Part shown: positions 1 through 13,778 of the stretch, in pieces | Numbering within the stretch: the stretch's first letter is position 1 | Layout of the letters: every line of letters starts with the position of its first letter | From: the human T2T-CHM13v2.0 reference genome, Homo sapiens | DNA length: 64,000 bases | Reading direction: 5' to 3' (one strand) | Assembly (NCBI RefSeq): GCF_009914755.1 | Contig: NC_060925.1 | Made by a program: the position numbers and the translations under genes | Notes under the pieces: generated by a model | Database searches by the model: none | Told to the model about the DNA's origin: nothing | What the model saw: only the letters and a program-made list of their open reading frames with translations

Positions 1-91
1 ATGAAAAGAAAGGTTAAACTCTGTGAGTTGAACACACACATCACAAAGGAGTTTCTGAGAATCATTCTGTCTAGTTTTTCTACGAAGATAT

Positions 92-108
92 TTCCTTTTC
101 TACTATTG
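92..108 (-). promoter_or_regulatory. pJalpha-type (A-box) site in the monomer lacking a CENP-B box; representative copy
   Basis: TTCCTTTTCTACTATTG lies at the position homologous to the CENP-B box, ~170 bp away, and resembles the pJalpha consensus TTCCTTTTYCACCRTAG. Protein binding is not shown. Confidence 0.65.
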
Positions 109-260
109 ACCTCAAAGCGGCTGAAATCTCCACTTGCAAATTCCACAAAAAGAGTGTTTCAAGTCTGCTCTGTGTAAAGGATCGTTCAACTCTGTGAGTT
201 GAATACACACAACACAAGGAAGTTTCTGAGAAATATTCTGTCTAGCAGAATATGAAGAAA

Positions 261-277
261 TCCCGTTTCCAACGAAG
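261..277 (-). promoter_or_regulatory. CENP-B box (first of ~188 box positions, one per ~340 bp)
   Basis: + strand TCCCGTTTCCAACGAAG is the reverse complement of CTTCGTTGGAAACGGGA and matches nTTCGnnnnAnnCGGGn. It recurs at 601, 941, 1282 and onward. Confidence 0.97.
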
Positions 278-1206
278 GCCTCAAGGAGGTCTGAATATCC
301 ACTTGCAGACTTTACAAACAGAGTGTTTCCTAACTGCTCTATGAAAAGAAAGGTTAAACTCTGTGAGTTGAACGCACACATCACAAAGGAGTTTATGAGA
401 ATCATTCTGTCTAGTTTCTATAGGAAGATATTTCCTATTCTACCATTGACCTCAAAGCGGCTGAAATCTCCACTTGCAAATTCCACAAAAAGAGTGTTTC
501 AAGTCTGCTCTCTGTAAAGGATCGTTCAACTCTGTGAGTTGAATACACACAACACAAGGAAGTTTCTGAGAAATATTCTGTCTAGCAGAATATGAAGAAA
601 TCCCGTTTCCAACGAAGGTCTCAAAGAGGTCTGAATATCCACTTGCAGACTTTACAAACAGAGTGTTTCCTAACTGCTCTATGAAAAGAAAGGTTAAACT
701 CTGTGAGTTGAACGCACACATCACAAAGGAGTTTATGAGAATCATTCTGTCTAGTTTCTATAAGAAGATACTTCCTATTCTACCATTGACCTCAAAGCGG
801 CTGAAATCTCCACTTGCAAATTCGACAAAAAGAGTGTTTCAAGCCTGCTCTCTGTAAAGGATCCTTCAACTCTGTGAGTTGAATACACACAACACAAGGA
901 AGTTACTGAGAATTATTCTGTCTAGCATAATATGAAGAAATCCCGTTTCCAACGAAGGCCTCAAAGAGGTCTGAATATCCACTTGCAGACTTTACAAACA
1001 GAGTGTTTCCTAACTGCTCTATGAGAAGAAAAGTTAAACTCTGTGAGTTGAACGCACACATCACAAAAGATTTTCTGAGAATCATTCTGTCTAGTCTTTA
1101 TATGAAGATAGTTTCCTTTTCTACCATTGACCTCAAAGCGGCTGAAATCTCCACTTGCAAATTCCACAAAAAGAGTGTTTCAAGTCTGCTCTGTGTAAAG
1201 GATCGT

Positions 1207-4200
1207 TCAACTCTGTGAGTTGAATACACACAACACAAGGAAGTTACTGAGAATTCTTCTGTCTAGCAGAATAGGAAGAAATCCCGTTTCCAACGAAGGC
1301 CACAAGATGTCAGAATATCCACTTACAGACTTTACAAACAGAGTGTTTCCTAACTGCTCTATGAACAGAAAGGTTAAACTCTGTGAGTTGAACGAACACA
1401 TCACAACGCAGTTTGTGGGAATGATTCTGTCTAGTTTTGAAACGAAGATATTTCCTTTTCTGCCGTTGACCTTAAAGCGCTTGAAATCTACACTTGCAAA
1501 TTGCACAAATAGAGTGTTTCAAATCTGCTCTGTCTAAGGGAACGTTCAACTCTGTGAGTTGAATGCACACAACACAAGGAAGTTACTGGGAATTCTTCTG
1601 TCTAGCCTTACATGAAAAAACCCGTTTCCAACGAAGGCCTCTAAGTGGTCAAAATATCCACGTGCAGACTTTACAAACAGAGTGTTTCCAAACCGCTGAA
1701 TGAAAAGAAAAGTTGAACTCTGAGAGTTGAACGCACACATCACGCAGCAGTTTCTGAGAATGATTCTGTCTAGTTTTTATACGAAGATATTTCCTTTTCT
1801 GCCTTTGGCCCCAAAGCGCTTGAAATCTCCACTTGCAAATTCCACAAAAACAGTGTTTCAAATCTGCTCTCTCTAAATGAAAGTTCAACTCTGTCAGTTG
1901 AATACACACAACACAAGGAAGTTACTGAGAATTCTTCTGTCTAGCATAATATGAAGAAATCCCGTTTCCAACGAAGGCCTCAAAGGGGTCTGAATATCCA
2001 CTTGCAGACTTTATAAACAGAGTGTTTACTAACTGCTCTATGAAAAGAAAGGTTAAACTCTGTGAGTTGAACACACACATCACAAAGGAGTTTCTGAGAA
2101 TCATTCTGTCTAGTTTTTCTACGAAGATATTTCCTTTTCTACTATTGACCTCAAAGCGGCTGAAATCTCCACTTGCAAATTCCACAAAAAGAGTGTTTCA
2201 AGTCTGCTCTGTGTAAAGGATCGTTCAACTCTGTGAGTTGAATACACACAACACAAGGAAGTTACTGAGAATTCTTCTGTCTAGCAGAAGAGGAAGAAAT
2301 CCCGTTTCCAACGAAGGCCTCAAAGAGGTCTGAATATCCACTTGCAGACTTTACAAACAGAGTGTTTCCTAACTGCTCTATGAAAAGAAAAGTTAAACTC
2401 TGTGAGTTGAACGCACACATCACAAAGGAGTTTCTGAGAATCGTTCTGTCTAGTTTCTATAGGAAGATATTTCCTATTCTACCATTGACCTCAAAGCGGC
2501 TGAAATCTCCACTTGCAAATTCCACAAAAAGAATGTTTCAAGTCTGCTCTGTGTAAAGGATCGTTCAACTCTGTGAGTTGAATACACACAACACAAGGAA
2601 GTTACTGAGAATTATTCTGTCTAGCATAATATGAAGAAATCCCGTTTCCAACGAAGGCCCCAAAGAGGTCTGAATATCCACTTGCAGACTTTACAGAGTG
2701 TTTCCTAACTGCTCTATGAAAAGAAAAGTTAAACTCTGTGAGTTGAACGCACACATCACAAAGGAGTTTATGAGAATCATTCTGTCTAGTCTTTATACGA
2801 AGATATTTCCTTTTCTACCATTGACCTCAAAGCGGCTGAAATCTCCACTTTCAAATTCCACAAAAAGAGTGTTTCAAGTCTGCTCTGTGTAAAGGATCGT
2901 TCAACTCTGTGAGTAGAATACACACAACACAAGGAAGTTACTGAGAATTCTTCTGTCTAGCAGAATATGAAGAAATCCCGTTTCCAACGAAGGCCTCAAG
3001 GAGGTCTGAATATCCACTTGCAGACTTTCCAAACAGAGTGTTTCCTAACTGCTCTATGAACAGAAAGGTTAAACTCTGTGAGTTGAACGCACACATCACA
3101 AAGGAGTTTCTGAGAATCATTCTGTCTAGTCTTTATACGAAGATATTTACTTTTCTACCATTGACCTCAAAGCGGCTGAAATCTCCACTTGCAAATTCCA
3201 CAAAAAGAGTGTTTCAAGTCTGCTCTGTGTAAAGGATCATTCAACTCTGTGAGTTGAATAAACACAACACAAGGAAGTTACTGAGAATTCTTCTGTCTAG
3301 CAGAATATGTAGAAATCCCGTTTCCAACGAAGGCCTCAAGGAGGTCGGAATATCCACTTGCAGACTTTACAAACAGAGTGTTTCCTAACTGCTCTATGAA
3401 AAGAAAGGTTAAACTCTGTGAGTTGAACGCACACATCACAAAGGAGTTCATGAGAATCATTCTGTCTAGTTTCTATAAGAAGATATTTCCTATTCTACCA
3501 TTGACCTCAAAGCGGCTGAAATCTCCACTTGCAAATTCGACAAAAAGAGTGTTGCAAGCCTGCTCTCTGTAAAGGATCCTTCAACTCTGTGAGTTGAATA
3601 CACACAACACAAGGAAGTTACTGAGAATTATTCTGTCTAGCATAATATGAAGAAATCCCGTTTCCAACGAAGGCCTCAAAGAGGTCTGAATATCCACTTG
3701 CAGACTTTACAAACAGAGTGTTTCCTAACTGCTCTATGAGAAGAAAAGTTAAACTCTGTTAGTTGAACGCACACATCACAAAAGATTTTCTGAGAATCAT
3801 TCTGTCTAGTCTTTATATGAAGATAGTTTCCTTTTCTACCATTGACCTCAAAGCGGCTGAAATCTCCACTTGCAAATTCCACAAAAAGAGTGTTTCAAGT
3901 CTGCTCTGTGTAAAGGATCGTTCAACTCTGTGAGTTGAATACACACAACACAAGGAAGTTACTGAGAATTCTTCTGTCTAGCAGAATAGGAAGAAATCCC
4001 GTTTCCAACGAAGGCCACAAGATGTCAGAATATCCACTTACAGACTTTACAAACAGAGTGTTTCCTAACTGCTCTATGAACAGAAAGGTTAAACTCTGTG
4101 AGTTGAACGAACACATCACAACGCAGTTTGTGGGAATGATTCTGTCTAGTTTTGAAACGAAGATATTTCCTTTTCTGCCGTTGACCTTAAAGCGCTTGAA

Positions 4201-6641
4201 ATCTACACTTGCAAATTGCACAAATAGAGTGTTTCAAATCTGCTCTGTCTAAGGGAACGTTCAACTCTGTGAGTTGAATGCACACAACACAAGGAAGTTA
4301 CTGGGAATTCTTCTGTCTAGCCTTACATGAAAAAAACCCGTTTCCAACGAAAGCCTCTAAGTGGTCAAAATTTCCACGTGCAGACTTTACAAACAGAGTG
4401 TTTCCAAACCGCTGAATGAAAAGAAAAGTTAAACTCTGAGAGTTGAACGCACACATCACGCAGCAGTTTCTGAGAATGATTCTGTCTAGTTTTTATACGA
4501 AGATATTTCCTTTTCTGCCTTTGGCCCCAAAGCGCTTGAAATCTCCACTTGCAAATTCCACAAAAACAGTGTTACAAATCTGCTCTCTCTAAATGAAAGT
4601 TCAACTCTGTCAGTTGAATACACACAACACAAGGAAGTTACTGAGAATTCTTCTGTCTAGCATAATATGAAGAAATCCCGTTTCCAACGAAGGCCTCAAA
4701 GGGGTCTGAATATCCACTTGCAGACTTTATAAACAGAGTGTTTACTAACTGCTCTATGAAAAGAAAGGTTAAACTCTGTGAGTTGAACACACACATCACA
4801 AAGGAGTTTCTGAGAATCATTCTGTCTAGTTTTTCTACGAAGATATTTCCTTTTCTACTATTGACCTCAAAGCGGCTGAAATCTCCACTTGCAAATTCCA
4901 CAAAAAGAGTGTTTCAAGTCTGCTCTGTGTAAAGGATCGTTCAACTCTGTGAGTTGAATACACACAACACAAGGAAGTTACTGAGAATTATTCTGTCTAG
5001 CAGAATATGAAGAAATCCCGTTTCCAACGAAGGCCTCAAAGAGGTCTGAATATCCACTTGCAGACTTTACAAACAGAGTGTTTCCTAACTGCTCTATGAA
5101 AAGAAAGGTTAAACTCTGTGAGTTGAACGCACACATCACAAAGGAGTTTCTGAGAATCGTTCTGTCTAGTTTCTATAGGAAGATATTTCCTATTCTACCA
5201 TTGACCTCAAAGCGGCTGAAATCTCCACTTGCAAATTCCACAAAAAGAATGTTTCAAGTCTGCTCTGTGTAAACGATCGTTCAACTCTGTGAGTTGAATA
5301 CACACAACACAAGGAAGTTACTGAGAATTCTTCTGTCTAGCATAATATGAAGAAATCCCGTTTCCAACGAAGGCCTCAAAGAGGTCTGAATATCCACTTG
5401 CAGACTTTACAAACAGAGTGTTTCCTAACTGCTCTATGAAAAGAAAAGTTAAACTCTGTGATTTGAACGCACACATCACAAAGGAGTTTCTGAGAATCAT
5501 TCTGTCTGGTCTTTATACGAAGATATTTCCTTTTCTACCATTGACCTCAAAGCGGCTGAAATCTCCACTTGCAAATTCCACAAAAAGAGTGTTTCAAGTC
5601 TGCTCTGTGTAAAGGATCGTTCAACTCTGTGAGATGAATACACACAACACAAGGAAGTTACTGAGAATTCTTCTGTCTAGCAGAATATGAAGAAATCCCG
5701 TTTCCAACGAAGGCCTCAAGGAGGTCTGAATATCCACTTGCAGACTTTACAAACAGAGTGTTTCCTAACTGCTCTATGAACAGAAAGGTTAAACTCTGTG
5801 AGTTGAACGCACACATCACAAAGGAGTTTCTGAGAATCATTCTGTCTAGTCTTTATACGAAGATATTTACTTTTCTACCATTGACCTCAAAGCGGCTGAA
5901 ATCTCCACTTGCAAATTCCACAAAAAGAGTGTTTCAAGTCTGCTCTGTGTAAAGGATCATTCAACTCTGTGAGTTGAATAAACACAACACAAGGAAGTTA
6001 CTGAGAATTCTTCTGTCTAGCAGAATATGAAGAAATACCGTTTCCAACGAAGGCCTCAAGGAGGTCGGAATATCCACTTGCAGACTTTACAAACAGAGTG
6101 TTTCCTAACTGCTCTATGAAAAGAAAGGTTAAACTCTGTGAGTTGAACGCACACATCACAAAGGAGTTCATGAGAATCATTCTGTCTAGTTTCTATAAGA
6201 AGATATTTCCTATTCTACCATTGACCTCAAAGCGGCTGAAATCTCCACTTGCAAATTCGACAAAAAGAGTGTTGCAAGCCTGCTCTCTGTAAAGGATCCT
6301 TCAACTCTGTGAGTTGAATACACACAACACAAGGAAGTTACTGAGAATTATTCTGTCTAGCATAATATGAAGAAATCCCGTTTCCAACGAAGGCCTCAAA
6401 GAGGTCTGAATATCCACTTGCAGACTTTACAAACTGAGTGTTTCCTAACTGCTCTATGAGAAGAAAAGTTAAACTCTGTGAGTTGAACGCACACATCACA
6501 AAAGATTTTCTGAGAATCATTCTGTCTAGTCTTTATATGAAGATAGTTTCCTTTTCTACCATTGACCTCAAAGCGGCTGAAATCTCCACTTGCAAATTCC
6601 ACAAAAAGAGTGTTTCAAGTCTGCTCTGTGTAAAGGATCGT
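1207..6641 (-). repeat. Two consecutive 16-mer HOR units (dimers A-B-C-D-E-F-G-H; 2715 and 2720 bp)
   Basis: Dimer A (GGCCACAAGATGTC, GCAGTTTGTGGG) recurs at anchors 1207, 3922 and 6642. Other diagnostics: B CCTTACATGAAAAAA/GGCCCCAAAG; C AGGGGTC/TTTACTAAC; D ATCGTT/TATAGG/GAATGT; E CTTTATACG; F GAACAG/TTTACTTT; G TATAAG/TTCGAC/AAGCC; H GAGAAG/GATTTT/GATAGTTTCC. Confidence 0.92.
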
Positions 6642-8341
6642 TCAACTCTGTGAGTTGAATACACACAACACAAGGAAGTTACTGAGAATTCTTCTGTCTA
6701 GCAGAATATGAAGAAATCCCGTTTCCAACGAAGGCCACAAGATGTCAGAATATCCACTTACAGACTTTACAAACAGAGTGTTTCCTAACTGCTCTATGAA
6801 CAGAAAGGTTAAACTCTGTGAGTTGAACGAACACATCACAACGCAGTTTGTGGGAATGATTCTGTCTAGTTTTGAAACGAAGATATTTCCTTTTCTGCCG
6901 TTGACCTTAAAGCGCTTGAAATCTACACTTGCAAATTGCACAAATAGAGTGTTTCAAATCTGCTCTGTCTAAGGGAACGTTCAACTCTGTGAGTTGAATG
7001 CACACAACACAAGGAAGTTACTGGGAATTCTTCTGTCTAGCCTTACATGAAAAAAACCCGTTTCCAACGAAGGCCTCTAAGTGGTCAAAATTTCCACGTG
7101 CAGACTTTACAAACAGAGTGTTTCCAAACCGCTGAATGAAAAGAAAAGTTAAACTCTGAGAGTTGAACGCACACATCACGCAGCAGTTTCTGAGAATGAT
7201 TCTGTCTAGTTTTTATACGAAGATATTTCCTTTTCTGCCTTTGGCCCCAAAGCGCTTGAAATCTCCACTTGCAAATTCCACAAAAACAGTGTTTCAAATC
7301 TGCTCTCTCTAAATGAAAGTTCAACTCTGTCAGTTGAATACACACAACACAAGGAAGTTACTGAGAATTCTTCTGTCTAGCAAAATATGAAGAAATCCCG
7401 TTTCCAACGAAGGCCTCAAAGGGGTCTGAATATCCACTTGCAGACTTTATAAACAGAGTGTTTACTAACTGCTCTATGAAAAGAAAGGTTAAACTCTGTG
7501 AGTTGAACACACACATCACAAAGGAGTTTCTGAGAATCATTCTGTCTAGTTTTTCTACGAAGATATTTCCTTTTCTACTATTGACCTCAAAGCGGCTGAA
7601 ATCTCCACTTGCAAATTCCACAAAAAGAGTGTTTCAAGTCTGCTCTGTGTAAAGGATCGTTCAACTCTGTGAGTTGAATACACACAACACAAGGAAGTTA
7701 CTGAGAATTATTCTGTCTAGCAGAATATGAAGAAATCCCGTTTCCAACGAAGGCCTCAAAGAGGTCTGAATATCCACTTGCAGACTTTACAAACAGAGTG
7801 TTTCCTAACTGCTCTATGAAAAGAAAGGTTAAACTCTGTGAGTTGAACGCACACATCACAAAGGAGTTTCTGAGAATCGTTCTGTCTAGTTTCTATAGGA
7901 AGATATTTCCTATTCTACCATTGACCTCAAAGCGGCTGAAATCTCCACTTGCAAATTCCACAAAAAGAGTGTTTCAAGCCTGCTCTCTGTAAAGGATCCT
8001 TCAACTCTGTGAGGTGAATACACACAACACAAGGAAGTTACTGAGAATTATTCTGTCTAGCATAATATGAAGAAATCCCGTTTCCAACGAAGGCCTCAAA
8101 GAGGTCTGAATATCCACTTGCAGACTTTACAAACAGAGTGTTTCCTAACTGCTCTATGAGAAGAAAAGTTAAACTCTGTGAGTTGAACGCACACATCACA
8201 AAAGATTTTCTGAGAATCATTCTGTCTAGTCTTTATATGAAGATAGTTTCCTTTTCTACCATTGACCTCAAAGCGGCTGAAATCTCCACTTGCAAATTCC
8301 ACAAAAAGAGTGTTTCAAGTCTGCTCTGTGTAAAGGATCGT
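6642..8341 (-). repeat. 10-mer HOR variant (A-B-C-D/G hybrid-H; 1700 bp)
   Basis: Spacing of dimer-A anchors 6642 to 8342. The dimer at ~7800 starts D-like (ATCGTT, TATAGG) and ends G-like (AAGCC, GGATCC). Confidence 0.9.
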
Positions 8342-11300
8342 TCAACTCTGTGAGTTGAATACACACAACACAAGGAAGTTACTGAGAATTCTTCTGTCTA
8401 GCAGAATATGAAGAAATCCCGTTTCCAACGAAGGCCACAAGATGTCAGAATATCCACTTGCAGACTTTACAAAGAGAGTGTTTCCTAACTGCTCTATGAA
8501 CAGAAAGGTTAAACTCTGTGAGTTGAACGAACACATCACAACGCAGTTTGTGGGAATGATTCTGTCTAGTTTTGAAACGAAGATATTTCCTTTTCTGCCG
8601 TTGACCTTAAAGTGCTTGAAATCTACACTTGCAAATTGCACAAATAGAGTGTTTCAAATCTGCTCTGTCTAAGGGAACGTTCAACTCTGTGAGTTGAATG
8701 CACACAACACAAGGAAGTTACTGGGAATTCTTCTGTCTAGCCTTACATGAAAAAACCCGTTTCCAACGAAGGCCTCTAAGTGGTCAAAATATCCACGTGC
8801 AGACTTTACAAACAGAGTGTTTCCAAACCGCTGAATGAAAAGAAAAGTTGAACTCTGAGAGTTGAACGCACACATCACGCAGCAGTTTCTGAGAATGATT
8901 CTGTCTAGTTTTTATACGAAGATATTTCCTTTTCTGCCTTTGGCCCCAAAGCGCTTGAAATCTCCACTTGCAAATTCCACAAAAACAGTGTTTCAAATCT
9001 GCTCTCTCTAAATGAAAGTTCAACTCTGTCAGTTGAATACACACAACACAAGGAAGTTACTGAGAATTCTTCTGTCTAGCATAATATGAAGAAATCCCGT
9101 TTCCAACGAAGGCCTCAAAGGGGTCTGAATATCCACTTGCAGACTTTATAAACAGAGTGTTTACTAACTGCTCTATGAAAAGAAAGGTTAAACTCTGTGA
9201 GTTGAACACACACATCACAAAGGAGTTTCTGAGAATCATTCTGTCTAGTTTTTCTACGAAGATATTTCCTTTTCTACTATTGACCTCAAAGCGGCTGAAA
9301 TCTCCACTTGCAAATTCCACAAAAAGAGTGTTTCAAGTCTGCTCTGTGTAAAGGATCGTTCAACTCTGTGAGTTGAATACACACAACACAACGAAGTTAC
9401 TGAGATTTCTTCTGTCTAGCAGAAGAGGAAGAAATCCCGTTTCCAACGAAGGCCTCAAAGAGATCTGAATATCCACCTGCAGACTTTACAAACAGAGTGT
9501 TTCCTAACTGCTCTATGAAAAGAAAAGTTAAACTCTGTGAGTTGAACGCACACATCACAAAGGAGTTTCTGAGAATCGTTCTGTCTAGTTTCTATAGGAA
9601 GATATTTCCTATTCTACCATTGACCTCAAAGCGGCTGAAATCTCCACTTGCAAATTCCACAAAAAGAATGTTTCAAGTCTGCTCTGTGTAAAGGATCGTT
9701 CAACTCTGTGAGTTGAATACACACAACACAAGGAAGTTACTGAGAATTCTTCTGTCTAGCATAATATGAAGAAATCCCGTTTCCAACGAAGGCCTCAAAG
9801 AGGTCTTAATATCCACTTGCAGACTTTACAAACAGAGTGTTTCCTAACTGCTCTATGAAAAGAAAAGTTAAACTCTTTGAGTTGAACGCACACATCACAA
9901 AGGAGTTTCTGAGAATCATTCTGTCTAGTCTTTATTCGAAGATATTTCCTTTTCTACCATTGACCTCAAAGCGGCTGAAATCTCCACTTGCAAATTCCAC
10001 AAAAAGAGTGTTTCAAGTCTGCTCTGTGTAAAGGATCGTTCAACTCTGTGAGTTGAATACACACAACACAAGGAAGTTACTGAGAATTCTTCTGTCTAGC
10101 AGAATATGAAGAAATCCCGTTTCCAACGAAGGCCTCAAGGAGGTCTGAATATCCACTTGCAGACTTTACAAACAGAGTGTTTCCTAACTGCTCTATGAAC
10201 AGAAAGGTTAAACTCTGTGAGTTGAACGCACACATCACAAAGGACTTTCTGAGAATCATTCTGTCTAGTCTTTATACGAAGATATTTACTTTTCTACCAT
10301 TGACCTCAAAGCGGCTGAAATCTCCACTTGCAAATTCCACAAAAAGAGTGTTTCAAGTCTGCTCTGTGTAAAGGATCATTCAACTCTGTGAGTTGAATAA
10401 ACACAACACAAGGAAGTTACTGAGAATTCTTCTGTCTAGCAGAATATGAAGAAATCCCGTTTCCAACGAAGGCCTCAAGGAGGTCTGAATATCCACTTGC
10501 AGACTTTACAAACAGAGTGTTTCCTAACTGCTCTATGAAAAGAAAGGTTAAACTCTGTGAGTTGAACGCACACATCACAAAGGAGTTCATGAGAATCATT
10601 TTGTCTAGGTTCTATAAGAAGATATTTCCTATTCTACCATTGACCTCAAAGCGGCTGAAATCTCCACTTGCAAATTCGACAAAAAGAGTGTTTCAAGCCT
10701 GCTCTCTGTAAAGGATCCTTCAACTCTGTGAGTTGAATACACACAACACAAGGAAGTTACTGAGAATTATTCTGTCTAACATAAAATGAAGAAATCCCGT
10801 TTCCAACGAAGGCCTCAAAGAGGTCTGAATATCCACTTGCACACTTTACAAACAGAGTGTTTCCTAACTGCTCTATGAGAAGAAAAGTTAAACTCTGTGA
10901 GTTGAACGCACACATCACAAAAGATTTTCTGAGAATCATTCTGTCTAGTCTTTATATGAAGATAGTTTCCTTTTCTACCATTGACCTCAAAGCGGCTGAA
11001 ATCTCCACTTGCAAATTCCACAAAAAGAGTGTTTCAAGTCTGCTCTGTGTAAAGGATCGTTCAACTCTGTGAGTTGAATACACACAACACAAGGAAGTTA
11101 CTGAGAATTCTTCTGTCTAGCAGAATATGAAGAAATCCCGTTTCCAACGAAGGCCACAAGATGTCAGAATATCCACTTACAGACTTTACAAACAGAGTGT
11201 TTCCTAACTGCTCTATGAACAGAAAGGTTAAACTCTGTGAGTTGAACGAACACATCACAACGCAGTTTGTGGGAATGATTCTGTCTAGTTTTGAAACGAA

Positions 11301-13778
11301 GATATTTCCTTTTCTGCCGTTGACCTTAAAGCGCTTGAAATCTACACTTGCAAACTGCACAAATAGAGTGTTTCTAATCTGCTCTGTCTAAGGGAACGTT
11401 CAACTCTGTGAGTTGAATGCACACAACACAAGGAAGTTACTGGGAATTCTTCTGTCTAGCCTTACATGAAAAAAACCCGTTTCCAACGAAGGCCTCTAAG
11501 TGGTCAAAATTTCCACGTGCAGACTTTACAAACAGAGTGTTTCCAAACCGCTGAATGAAAAGAAAAGTTAAACTCTGAGAGTTGAACGCACACATCACGC
11601 AGCAGTTTCTGAGAATGATTCTGTCTAGTTTTTATACGAAGATATTTCCTTTTCTGCCTTTGGCCCCAAAGCGCTTGAAATCTCCACTTGCAAATTCCAC
11701 AAAAACAGTGTTTCAAATCTGCTCTCTCTAAATGAAAGTTCAACTCTGTCAGTTGAATACACACAACACAAGGAAGTTACTGAGAATTCTTCTGTCTAGC
11801 AAAATATGAAGAAATCCCGTTTCCAACGAAGGCCTCAAAGGGGTCTGAATATCCACTTGCAGACTTTATAAACAGAGTGTTTACTAACTGCTCTATGAAA
11901 AGAAAGGTTAAACTCTGTGAGTTGAACACACACATCACAAAGGAGTTTCTGAGAATCATTCTGTCTAGTTTTTCTACGAAGATATTTCCTTTTCTACTAT
12001 TGACCTCAAAGCGGCTGAAATCTCCACTTGCAAATTCCACAAAAAGAGTGTTTCAAGTCTGCTCTGTGTAAAGGATCGTTCAACTCTGTGAGTTGAATAC
12101 ACACAACACAAGGAAGTTACTGAGAATTATTCTGTCTAGCAGAATATGAAGAAATCCCGTTTCCAACGAAGGCCTCAAAGAGGTCTGAATATCCACCTGC
12201 AGACTTTACAAACAGAGTGTTTCCTAACTGCTCTATGAAAAGAAAGGTTAAACTCTGTGAGTTGAACGCACACATCACAAGAGTTTCTGAGAATCGTTCT
12301 GTCTAGTTTCTATAGGAAGATATTTCCTATTCTACTATTGACCTCAAAGCGGCTGAAATCTCCACTTGCAAATTCCACAAAAAGAATGTTTCAAGTCTGC
12401 TCTGTGTAAACGATCGTTCAACTCTGTGAGTTGAATACACACAACACAAGGAAGTTACTGAGAATTCTTCTGTCTAGCATAATATGAAGAAATCCCGTTT
12501 CCAACGAAGGCCTCAAAGAGGTCTGAATATCCACTTGCAGACTTTACAAACAGAGTGTTTCCTAACTGCTCTATGAAAAGAAAAGTTAAACTCTGTGATT
12601 TGAACGCACACATCACAAAGGAGTTTCTGAGAATCATTCTGTCTGGTCTTTATACGAAGATATTTCCTTTTCTACCATTGACCTCAAAGCGGCTGAAATC
12701 TCCACTTGCAAATTCCACAAAAAGAGTGTTTCAAGTCTGCTCTGTGTAAAGGATCGTTCAACTCTGTGAGTTGAATACACACAACACAAGGAAGTTACTG
12801 AGAATTCTTCTGTCTAGCAGAATATGAAGAAATCCCGTTTCCAACGAAGGCCTCAAGGAGGTCTGAATATCCACTTGCAGACTTTACAAACAGAGTGTTT
12901 CCTAACTGCTCTATGAACAGAAAGGTTAAACTCTGTGAGTTGAACGCACACATCACAAAGGAGTTTCTGAGAATCATTCTGTCTAGTCTTTATACGAAGA
13001 TATTTACTTTTCTACCATTGACCTCAAAGCGGCTGAAATCTCCACTTGCAAATGCCACAAAAAGAGTGTTTCAAGTCTGCTCTGTGTAAAGGATCATTCA
13101 ACTCTGTGAGTTGAATAAACACAACACAAGGAAGTTACTGAGAATTCTTCTGTCTAGCAGAATATGAAGAAATCCCGTTTCCAACGAAGGCCTCAAGGAG
13201 GTCTGATTATCCACTTGCAGACTTCACAAACAGAGTGTTTCCTAACTGCTCTATGAAAAGAAAGGTTAAACTCTGTGAGTTGAACACACACATCACAAAG
13301 GAGTTTATGAGAATCATTCTGTCTAGTTTCTATAAGAAGATATTTCCTATTCTACCATTGACCTCAAAGCGGCTGAAATCTCCACTTGCAAATTCGACAA
13401 AAAGAGTGTTTCAAGCCTGCTCTCTGTAAAGGATCCTTCAATTCTGTGAGTAGAATACACACAACACAAGGAAGTTACTGAGAATTATTCTGTCTAGCAT
13501 AATATGAAGAAATCCCGTTTCCAACGAAGGCCTCAAAGAGGTCTGAATATCCACTTGCACACTTTACAAACAGAGTGTTTTCTAACTGCTCTATGAGAAG
13601 AAAAGTTAAACTCTGTGAGTTGAACGCACACATCACAAAAGATTTTCTGAGAATCATTCTGTCTAGTCTTTATATGAAGATAGTTTCCTTTTCTACCATT
13701 GACCTCAAAGCGGCTGAAATCTCCACTTGCAAATTCCACAAAAAGAGTGTTTCAAGTCTGCTCTGTGTAAAGGATCGT
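8342..13778 (-). repeat. Two 16-mer HOR units (2719 and 2718 bp)
   Basis: Dimer-A anchors at 8342, 11061 and 13779; full A-H order in both units. Confidence 0.9.

Noticed and set aside
1658-1663. E-box CACGTG once per B dimer and BamHI GGATCC after G dimers
   Set aside because: These are short motifs made by single substitutions, with no evidence of function. They are useful only as markers.
1649-1909. Cys/His-rich ORF (HCFCGICK...CKVC) resembling a zinc-finger
   Set aside because: It is a by-product of TGT/TGC-rich alphoid sequence, with no gene context or proper domain spacing.
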